Source: Octopus vulgaris
Taxonomy: Eukaryota
Assembly: GCA_951406725.2 (NCBI GenBank)
Contig: OX597814.1
Coordinates: 36,766,001-36,830,000 of the forward strand
Length of the DNA stretch: 64,000 nt
Direction: 5' to 3'
Below, piece by piece: positions 43,895 through 54,430 of this stretch. Below the pieces are notes generated by a model, which ran no database searches, was not told the origin of the DNA, and worked only from the letters and a program-made list of their open reading frames with translations. Numbering within the stretch: the first letter of the stretch is position 1; each line of letters begins with the position of its first letter. The translations under genes were made by a program, and so were the position numbers.

Positions 43895-44700
43895 TGCAAT
43901 AATGGAATATGTTGCTCGAATTACAGTATTTAGGAAGCGTTCTGAAAATCTACAGCAATTCTTCAATATGGAAAATAACTTGACTTCTTGTAATGGTATC
44001 AGAGACTTATTCAACGCGCTTGAGCTAACCTATGAATCAAATGAGTGGAGGTTATTCACAGATGCATCCTTGTACAGCATAAACGCTGTTCTGTTGTACA
44101 TTGGGAATACCATGACTTGAGTTTCAATTGCTCACTCAGTCATTTTAAGAGAAACATATGAGAACCTCACTTTTATTCTAGACCGCATAAGTTACAAGGA
44201 GCATAGATGGCTAATTTGTGCGGACTTGAAATTAGTAGCTCTACATAATGAACTACAAACTGTATCCACCAAGTTTATGTGCTTCCTTTGCAAGTGGGAC
44301 AGTAGGGGGTAGTTCAGAACATTATGTACACTCAGAATGGCAACCTCGGTAAACTATGACGTCTAGATGCCATAATGTAAATCATGAGCCTCTGTTTAAC
44401 GAGAAAATCATGTTTCCGCCACTGCATATAAAACTAGGCTAACAAAGCAATTTACCAAAGGGCTGCAACATAACAATTCATGTTTCCAGTACCTCAAGGT
44501 GATCCTCCCTAAAATAAGTGATGCCAAGATTAAAGAGGGCATATTCGTAAACCTGCACATTCGTCAACCTATAGCTGATGAGGACTTCGAGGCGACAGTA
44601 GACGAAACTGAGCTAGCAGCCTGACATACATTCAAACATTTATGCAAAGAACTTCTGAGAAAACACCAAGCGGCTCAGTGAGAGAGTATGATGGATAGCC
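43895..44700 (+). pseudogene. decayed DDE-type transposase of the PPLHIKLG family (superfamily uncertain, possibly Sola3-like)
   Basis: WRLFTDAS..SINAVLL.IGN, AHSVILRETYENL, WLICADLK, TKFMCFLCKWDSR, FPPLHIKLG, SDAKIKEGIFV, with stops and frameshifts. Confidence 0.75.
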
Positions 44701-45859
44701 TAATCAAGTGTGTGGAATAGTGTTGTAAAAATATTTTGACTATGAGTCATGGGGTGAGTGAATGAATATAGTCAAGGAGTATAAGTGCTCTAGTTGGGTG
44801 CATTAACAAACCTTTATCTTCGCGTGTCCTGATCGTGATAATTATATTTGAGAGAAAATATTATCAAGGAAACAGTGAGGTGATAACTTAATGGTATAAA
44901 TCGCATCCAAACTTATAAATCATACATAATATTCTTAAAGTTAAAAAAATACTCAGCAAATACATGCCTTGGGAATCAATAATTCTTTGTGTTTAAACCT
45001 GTGAGCTACTTTGATTTTTGCTGATGTATCTGAAGCTCTTGTTTCTATCGTTAGTGATGATGAATATAATCTGTTGAAAGGAAAAACGGGCGAAAACGGC
45101 TTGGATGACTATTGAATAATGATGATTCCTGTGATGATGCTGAGATGGTCGTGATAGTGGTGAGGATGTTGAAGAAGAAAACGGAAGTGGATGACGATAA
45201 CGAAGATGATAATGATGATTATATTGCGTAAGAAAATTTTCTGTGGGATGATCAACATGAATTGCACGATAGTAATGATGATACTTAGAATGCTGACTCT
45301 ATGAAAGGTATCAGTGATTGAAAGACTTTAATATGACTAACTTTACTTAACACTGTGGTTGCTATAGTTGCTGCAATTCCTGCTGGCAATAAACCCGATG
45401 ATGTACATGCGACAGGAAAATATGTGAAGTGCAAAATGCGAAAGCGAGTAAACGGAAGAAGAGACACAGGCAACGTAGAATTTAGATTTATGCCAGAACT
45501 ACTTCATGAAGAAATATGAATAATTCCCTGCACATATTCTATCCATATTAGGTTAAAGGAAAAACAGTCGAATATTGAAGTTTAACGTTTTATTTTGCGT
45601 ATACATATACGCATACATTTATATATACCTTCCTAAGTAATCCTTTGTATACTGATACACAACTCTCACTAAGTGTAAATACAATTGATTATCTTACCCT
45701 CACAGATAATCAAACAGATATGTGAGTGTTCATGAGATGGGTGAGTGTACGAATCATGGTAAACGCCTTTGAAGCAGTAACGAATATTTCAATATTCGAG
45801 TACAATGACGTGATTACTGTTCTGTGTATTCTATTCTCTCTTGCACTCATAAGATTGAC

Positions 45860-46470
45860 CGTGTGTCACCCCAAACACCTCACGTTCGATATGCTTCCCA
45901 CCGCACCGACTTTTCTTCTTACCTAACACTCGAGCTACTGTTACAACACAACATACCCTGCCCGTTTCGTCGCCTCCAGTCTGACCTGCCTGTTCCATAA
46001 CCTCCTCTCTTCTATTCATTCCGACCTCTAAGCGTATCCGCAATATTTGTAACCACCTCGTAGACAGCTTCTTCTTCCATAAAGCCAGATCTCTGTTTTT
46101 TACTCCGATCCTGGTGTAATACCAGATTTCTTTCCTTTCTAGCACAGAAACGTTTCCGGAATTAAGCGCAAGACCTACATTAGGGACTCCTTTCGCTGCA
46201 CCTCATTGTGATCTGATATATGCGCTTTAATATTCCCTTTGCTATTTTCCCTACCTCGGGAAAACTGCCGCTAATTGCTTAGCAGATTCGCGGAGCACCT
46301 TGTAGATATCAAAGCTGGTAAAGGGTCACCTGTCTCAGAGCGTTTCTGCTCTAGTGACCATTAAATTGAATACTTCATAGGTTTCGGCGTGAATAGAACC
46401 CTGTATTGAAAAACACACTTGTATACTATGCTTCTTTCGGACGCAATTTCATTTTATTCATTTTTTCCTG
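45860..46470 (+). mobile_element. decayed Penelope-like element, GIY-YIG endonuclease region
   Basis: Remnants KRIRNICNHLVDS, SFRCTS, LIY, YLGKT, RFAEHLVDIKAGKGSPVSERF; followed by a C/T-rich UTR-like tract. Confidence 0.65.
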
Positions 46471-49080
46471 GCCTAACCTCTTCACTATACCAGCTTCTAT
46501 TATTCACTGCCCACTTAAATTTGTGTGCACCCGCTCACATCCACATCATCCCCTATCACCCGCATCTCATCTTCATTCACACCGACATGCCAGCGATACA
46601 TCTACAACGTTTCCACGTATTTCAACCACACCCACACATTTTCACAATATTCACCCACACTTCTCATATCTTTCAACATATTGACGCTTGACACCGTCAG
46701 GCACACCAGCGCACACCCACAGGCAGATGTGCAGACATACACACAAAACCATAACTTACACGCGCAATTATGAACACAAAGGATGTTCAGCTGTTCATGC
46801 TCGTAAATAAATTGGCAAACATATTCCTTCGCCCACTCTTTTTCTATCGCAATAACTTATGTTTGCTTTATCACTATATTTAAAAACTTCCGTATTTGAT
46901 TCACTATTCTATACAGCAATTTACCTCTCACTATATGTTTATCGCACAAACACAGGTACATGCGGACACGAACACAAATACACACACCCTTCACTTTTGG
47001 AAGGAGCTCACTTTTCTCTTTTCATTTATTTGCTGCATCACGCAATATGTTCCCATTCGAATTCCTTCGACTGCTCCCTCTCATCATAATTTACCGCTGG
47101 TTTTTACCCTCGGATTTGACTTATTTTCTAGACTTGAATCTTAGAAAATCTTTCCTACTATGTAAAACATTCATCTTTTTTCTTTATTTGCTCCCTGCAC
47201 ATTTCCACTCTTTCCCCTTTTTTCCTTTATCAGATCTAGACTTCCAGGACACTAGACGACTTATATAACCTCCCACCATTATATATCTTTTACAGATGAA
47301 TCATAATAAATTATTTTTCTCCGTATCTTTTCATTCATGTTCCTAAAATTTTCGTTGTTTTCATATTTTGATTTAATTCTTTTTTCATTTTATTTGATCT
47401 TTTCCCCCATCGTTTTATGTACTTTACGCATTGAACTCTGACATGTGCAACACTTTACTTTCATCGTAAACTCACCCCCATCAACTGTCAAACTAATTTT
47501 CCTCCCTAATAGAAACACACAAAAAATTCCATAGTGTGGTATTGTCTTCACTAGTGTGGTATTGTCATGTTTTCTTCTTTTTCTTGATCCCTCTCCCACT
47601 TCTCTACCTACAGCATATATCACCCTTAACGTAACACCCACCTCAACATTTTTCTTAAGTTCCTGCCATCACAAACTAATGCCCACAGCCACCATTTCAC
47701 TTCTTCGCTTTCCACTCATACGTTTGCATACGTACAGACACACTAAAATACCATATACACACAACTCATAATAATTGAATCTCAGTACACGGACACACTC
47801 CTGTACGTGTACGTATTTCCTTCTTGTCTTCTTAACACCCCATAGTATGGCGTAATTAATAGTTCCTAACCCACAGGCTGTTTGTATTTCTGCAGCCATT
47901 ATTTCTCTTTCAGTCTCTTCCTTAAATTTCTATCGATATTTTTCTTCTGTGAAGTACTAGCGTATGATTTTAGTAGTAGTTGAACTTTATTTATTAGTAG
48001 ATTGATCCCAAGAAAGTATCTTATCATTTGTTTCTTAAATTGCTGATAGAATCTGTCGATTGTATGTTTTATATACATAAAACATTCAAATCTGCACATA
48101 CATACATGCATATATATATACATACATATATACATAGATACATACATACATACATATATACATACATATAAACATACAAACATAAATGCGCATAAACAAA
48201 AATACTCTGTTGGTGATGTTGCAATTCCACTGAAAGAGCTTTGTATCTAGGTTAGAAACCGGTTCTTTCTCTGTCGGCAAGAAATCTTGTAATAAACTGA
48301 ATAATAACATACACACACACACACATATCTATATATATGAATACACTCATTCATACATACATTCATGCATGCATATACACATACGCACACCCATATTCAC
48401 GTAAGCACAGACACAACTACTAAAACAAAGGAACAGCGATAAATACATACAAATTCATATACATATATACATGTGTGTGGGCACACACAATCATATATAT
48501 AGCCATATGGATAAAGATAAATTCTCCTGCTCTCACTCTCTCCCTCTCTCACACTCTCACACACACATATATATGTACATAATGCATATATATGTGTATA
48601 TATATATATATATGTGTGTATATATACAGCAGGCATTCGTTGTGACAAGACGTACTTTTCATAGCTCCGGTGAAAGTCACTAGCCAAAGAAGCATATTTC
48701 AACTCAAGCCAGCAGAAACTCTCCTTGTTTTTAGTCCCAGTACTTTTGAATTCTTCAATTCTACTATTCTACTCTTTTACTACAATCGAAGGATAAATTT
48801 ATACAAATCTATATACAACCTAGAGAAAGAAATATAAACCAAAACTAAACCCCAGACTAGTTCTAAAACTAGTCCCGTGAGTACAATTCTTTTTCCCTGA
48901 TCTGTATTAAACTCATCGCTCATCCTGATTTGTATTAAATACACTGAACTCTCCCACACACACTCAGATATAGCCACGCATTTCCGAATATATCGACACA
49001 AACTTTTCAACGGTGTATTCACTATTATACATCAAACCATCAATAACTAAAGTATAGTGTATCATACTGCCCCACTGAAT

Positions 49081-50270
49081 ATGGCCAATAATATTCAAAA
49101 ACGCCACTGGGTGGAAAATGAAATCACTGCAATGATAAACGCTTGGTACACTCACCACAATGAAGCTAATGTTTACAGTAAAATAGATGAAGAATTAGCA
49201 AAATCTTTTCACAGATCTGTAAAGCAGATCGAAAATAAAATAAAAGAAATTGTAAGAATATTTCTTATTTTCCACACGCACATGGCAACACTAGAAGCCA
49301 TCCTTGTCAATGAATGTAGTGTACCAAATGACCCCACTCCAACAGGTCAGGGGTCACTTCAACGAACCGATAGCCAGCAACAAACATCTGACCTCATTCC
49401 ACAGGACTCATTATCACTACAGCAGCAGCCTGCTTCTGCTACTACATCACCAGTACCTGACCCGATTCCACCTAGCCCTGCTGTTGCAAATCAAGTTTCA
49501 CTGCTGCTACAGCAGCAAAAACACTCTGCTACTGCTACTACAGCCAGAATAGAAAAATCACCACTACACCCATAACAAACACCCTGCCGTTACTATTCTC
49601 AAGGCAACTGTAGATTTAGCCCCAGCGGCACCAACAAAAAGGGACGCTGTGCTTTTTTCCATCCTACCTTATGTCGTAGACTAGTTAAGGGCACCTGTCC
49701 ATATGGTAAAACGGGAAAAAACTGCCCTCATTTCCACCCGAAATACTGTCCTAAATACAGAGTCCATGGTCCTGATCCCAAATATGGATGCACAAAAGGC
49801 AATGGATGCACCTTCTTCCATACTAAACTGTGCCAAACGTCAGTGTCACTAAGGATGTGCCTGAACCCAGAATGCAATCACCACCATCTGAAGGGCACAA
49901 AACGATCGCAAAATAAATATAAACAGCAACAGAGATCTTCGACAACAATTAAAACAAAATACAACCACGTTTCCCCTCCTACAATCAAACAACGAAGATA
50001 GAACCATGAAAAACCATAATACCAAATAACATAAACCTGAAATATGTATCCTCTGACCAAGTGGCAAACCAAAGAGGTAACTCTTTTTTACTGATTTACC
50101 TAGAAAATATGAAGGCCGGCCTAAGCCAGGAGATCCAACAAGCTACCAGCAAACACCCATGCAAATCACAAGGACCCCACACCCCCTACCAACAAGAAAA
50201 TCAGACACACACAGCTCCATACAAGAACCACCCACATTGTTACCACTGAACAACATAAAACACAACTTAG
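49081..50270 (+). pseudogene. LINE ORF1: Myb/SANT-like N-terminus, Q/P/S-rich linker, four CCCH fingers
   Basis: MANNIQKRHWVENEITAMINAW...YSKIDEEL...RSVKQIENKIK; after TAA at 49573-49575 the same frame encodes four CCCH motifs. Confidence 0.75.
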
Positions 50271-50279
50271 AACAATGCA

Positions 50280-53160
50280 AACATCAAACTTCCCTTACCT
50301 CGACATTCCTGTTAAATGTACGTGGCATCAACCCATCAATTATTGCCCCAAAATGGAAGATCCCATATATAGAGAGTTGGCTCACATTGCTTCCCTTTCT
50401 TTATCCTTACCGAGACTCACCTGAACAACACCCATATGGACGCCGAGGTGAAAATAAAAGATTTCACCATTGTTCGTGCGGATCGCACAGACCGAAATAA
50501 GGGAGGGACAGCCATCTTTATCCATGACTCCTTTTCACTTGATGCCAAGGACATATTTTCCAATGGCTATTGTGAATCTGTATCACTATTCAGCAAGGCC
50601 AAGGACATAATCATTGTTGGTCTTTACAGGCCTCCCCAAGCACCTCTAAAGTGCTTTGAAGAGTGCCTTAGCAAAGTCAAGTCCTTCCTTCGGAAGTACA
50701 ACTCAGGAAATATACTAGTGATGGGTGATTTTAACCTCCCTCATGTGAACTGGCTCACAAATACTCTGAAGTTAGGCAAATGCTCTACATCAGATAGAGC
50801 AGCAGCAGAACTGCTCTTTAATCTAATGGATGAATACTTCCTGACTCAGCTAGTGCTCGAACCAACGAGACAGAATAAAACGATCTTGGATCTGGTACTG
50901 ACCAATCACTCTAGCTTCGTTCACAATATTTCAGTTGAAAAAACTCTCCTCTCAGACCACGATATGGTACTCTGTAATTTTAATTCCCGACATATAAAAA
51001 CCAAACAAGCCAATCCCACTCCATGGCACTCATTTGACAACATAAACTTCCACAAAGCGGACTGGGGAGCAATCAGAAAAGATCTGTCTTTCATCGACTG
51101 GTCTTTTACTCTCAATTCCACCCATATTGAGACCGCATGGCAGCACTTTGAGAACATTGTCACCTATATATGCTCTAAACACGCTCCCACGAAATCTACT
51201 AACACAAACAGAAACCGGCTCCCTAAAAAGAAAAAAACAATCATCAGGCGCATAAAATGACTCAACCAAAAAATCAACCAATTAAAATATTTCCACATAC
51301 AACATCCATATTCAACAACAATGAAAAGGCTAGAGCTGGAAAAACTTCATCTGCAGAACGACATGAAAACCTCCATTGAAAATCAAAAAGCTGTGGAGGA
51401 ACAGTGGGTAATCAAAAACATCAAACAAAACCCAAAAGTGTTCTATTCTTATGCAAATAAGCATAGAACCACTGTCTCACCCATTGGGCCATTGATTGGT
51501 GATAACGGCATTCCCCAACACGATGCTAAAGAAATGGCAGAAATACTGCAGAAACAATATTGCTCTGCCTTTAGTGTTCTCACTGATATTGACGTAAAAG
51601 AAGCGAACGAAGTTGACTCTCAACATAAAATCTCAGACATATCCTTCACTGCCACTGACGCCATAGCAGCAATAAATGAGGTCAAATACTACTCTGCTGT
51701 AGGCCCTGATAGATTCCCTGCTAGTCGCCTGAAGGAATGTAGACTCCAACCTGCAGTCCCTCTGACCAACCTCTGGAGAAATTCGTTAGATGCAGGTTAT
51801 ATACCGAAACAGTTTCTATCCCAGTCAGTCATCCCGGTTTTTGAAAGAGTGTTAAGATCAAGGATAGCTGACTTCCTGGAGATCCACAAACTCCTAAATG
51901 CAAATCAACATGGCTTTCGCTGTGGCAGGGACTGTCTAACACAGCTCTTACACCACATTGAAGATGTACTCAAAGCTTTGGGAACAGGTTCGAACTCTGA
52001 TGTCATATACCTTCACTTCAGTAAAGCGTTCGACAGGATAGACGATAATATCCTACTCTCAAAATTGGCAAATGTTGGAATCCGTGGAAAAGTTCTACAC
52101 TGGATCAAGTATTTCCCTGGCGAATAGAACACAACATGTTGTAGTTGATGGAGTCCACTCAAGCCCAGCAAAAGTCACCAGCGGTGTCCCCCAGGGGAAT
52201 GTCTTGGGTCCGCTACTCTTCATAATCTACATAAACGACCTTTCCAGTGTCGTACATTACTGCAAAGTGAAAATATTTGCTGATGACACTAACCTCCAGC
52301 AAATCGTCAATGAAGAAGCAGACCGAACTCAACTCCAGTCTGATCTATATGCTGTGAGTCAATGGGCAGACAGAAACAAAATGCAACTGAACGAGGGAAA
52401 ATTTGAGCTGATGCATTTTGGAAGAAATTCCTCACTAAAACAGACATAATCTCTTCCTTCAGGGGAACCGCTCACAGCCTCTAACAATATCAGAGACCTG
52501 GGTGTAATTGTTGATGACGATCTCAGTTGGAGTGCACACATCAACAAGAAGGTCGATATAGCTCGTAGGATGAGTTCCTGGATTTTAAGAACTTTCCGGT
52601 CCAGAGAACAAGGTGTCATCATACCACTTTTCTCCTCCTTTGTACGGCCACACCTCGAATACTGCTGCCCACTGTGGTCTCCTCATACAAGACAAAACAT
52701 CTCGAGGATTGAATCACCCCAGAGAGCACTCACTAAACGAATTGAAGGCATGGCTGCTCTCGATTATTGGGATCGCCTTAGATCCTTGAAACTCTACTCT
52801 CTCCAGCGTCGCCGTGAGCGGTACATCATTTGTACGATGTGGAGAATATACCGCCACCTTTGCCCAAACGACCTGAACATTAGCTTCAATGTTCATCCAA
52901 GACTGGGACCACGGGCCATACGTCCCCTGCCCAATTCAAGATCACAGCATACATGTACACTACAACATAATTTATTTTCGTCAACAGGCCCTGCCCTTTT
53001 TAACATTGTCCCGAAAGAGATCAAAGAGGAACAGGATCCCATCAACTTTAAACGGAGTCTGGATAGATTCCTTCAAGGAATACCAGATAAGCCACCCATA
53101 ATTGGATACAACTCAGCCAACAAAAACCCACTACTTGAATGGACCATAAACAAAACTTGA
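50280..53160 (+). pseudogene. LINE ORF2: apurinic-type endonuclease plus reverse transcriptase
   Basis: LNVRG, RADR..KGG, GDFNLP, LDLVLTN, SDH; QHGFR, GVPQG.VLGPLLFIIYIND, FADD, DLGV, VRPHLEYC.P.WSP. Several stops and frameshifts. Confidence 0.95.
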
Positions 53161-53529
53161 CTTAAACAGGATTCGAATAATCCTATCAGGTGGTGCTATT
53201 AAGTTAGACATGTCCTGGACCAATCATTGGTCGAAACATATCTAAGTTTTATTTACGTTTTATTTATTTATATATATATATATATACATACATACATATT
53301 TATAAATGCAGGCATAAATATCTGAAACAAATAGAAAATAAAAGGTAAAAGAAAAGGTATTTGTTTGGACGTATGGGTTTCAGATTGATTTTGGTGTATA
53401 GCATGCTTCTAAAACGTGAATAATTTAAAACGAATCAATTTAATCAAAGGAAATACAAAACTGGCGGTGAATGTTAGTAACTCAACCATGGAAAACGAGG
53501 TGATTTCGAAAAGTTAATAATTTAATTTC

Positions 53530-53809
53530 GAGGAATATTCATTTAACTACTTTATTTACATTTGACAGATATTTGTCCTCATCTTGTTTGCTGTTAATAC
53601 AACGTTTCGGCTGATAAACCCTCCAGCCTTCATCAGTTCTCTTCGAGAAATTTTGAACCTGTCTTCTCCTTCCTAAAGTGTTTTTCGATGTTGTTGTTAT
53701 TATTATTATTATTATTACTATTATGATTATTATCATCATTCAGATCACTACCTGGAATCGAACTCAAAATCTTCGGGTTAGTAGCCCGCGCTCTTAACCA
53801 CTACGCCAT
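53530..53809 (-). mobile_element. tRNA-headed SINE-like element with internal (AAT)n and a 3' hammerhead ribozyme
   Basis: Minus strand: A box TGGCGTAGTGG, anticodon-like arm CGGG-CTACTAA-CCCG, B box GTTCGATTCC, (AAT)n, then the HHR tail. The 5' end abuts (TA)n. Confidence 0.8.
53595..53640 (-). ncRNA. minimal type I hammerhead ribozyme motif
   Basis: CUGAUGA-A-GGCUG(GAGGGUUUAU)CAGCC-GAAAC-GUU: intact core, 5-bp stem II, loopless palindromic stem III. Stem I is degraded in this copy. Confidence 0.7.
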
Positions 53810-53843
53810 ATATATATATTATATATATATATATATACATTTG

Positions 53844-53914
<71 letters not shown>

Positions 53915-53917
<3 letters not shown>

Positions 53918-54140
53918 CTTTATAATTAGGGTTCAGCAAAGATTTGCTTTACCGCATACCAAAGTTTAGAAATAGCAGCCAAACAACCTTAGCTATTTCC
54001 TCTACTTTAAAAAGGAACTCCCGGAAAATAAACAAAGTACTCGAAACGCGTACATGGGTAAGCTAAGGTTCTTTGGATGTTATTTCTAAACTTCGGTATG
54101 TGGTAAAGCAAATCTTTGCTGAATCCTAATTATAAAGTAT
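53915..54140. repeat. 80-bp-arm inverted repeat within a TA-flanked element (extends to about 54243)
   Basis: 53915-53994 versus 54061-54140, 6 mismatches; the loop contains CTCGAAACGCGTA. Confidence 0.88.
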
Positions 54141-54274
54141 TACTTAAGTTTACCGTGAACTGGTCCTTTTCCATGCCGAATTCTAATTGGTGAAATTACT
54201 TATTACTGCTTAGTTAATTAATTTTACCCTTTCTTATTATTGATATATATGTATATATATATCTATACGAATTG

Positions 54275-54430
54275 CGTCTTTCAGTTTCAGTCTATCAAAA
54301 CCACTCACAAGTCTTTGGTCGACCTGAGGAGATAGTAGAATACTTTTGCCTAACGTAACATGCAATGCGATTGAACCCAGAACTATGTGGTTGGGAAGCA
54401 AGTTTCTTACTACACAGCAACGGCTGCGCC
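54275..54430 (-). mobile_element. SINE head (13069 family)
   Basis: Minus strand GGCGCAGCCGTTGCTGTGTAGTAAG...CTGGGTTCAATC. Confidence 0.72.

Larger units (their letters stand above)
48635..53270 (+). mobile_element. near full-length CR1-group LINE (about 4.6 kb), inactivated
   Basis: 5' UTR, ORF1, APE-RT ORF2, and a short 3' UTR with hairpin GACCAA-TCA-TTGGTC and a TTTA-rich tail. Both flanks are TA-rich microsatellite. Confidence 0.92.

Noticed and set aside
53195-53245. Hairpin followed by GAAAC in the CR1 3' UTR
   Set aside because: No upstream CUGANGA; better explained as the LINE 3' recognition stem-loop.
53741-53809. Possible functional tRNA gene (also the SINE heads at 1670, 12892, 14030 and 23148)
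   Set aside because: No complete acceptor stem or oligo-T terminator; each continues into a repeat body.
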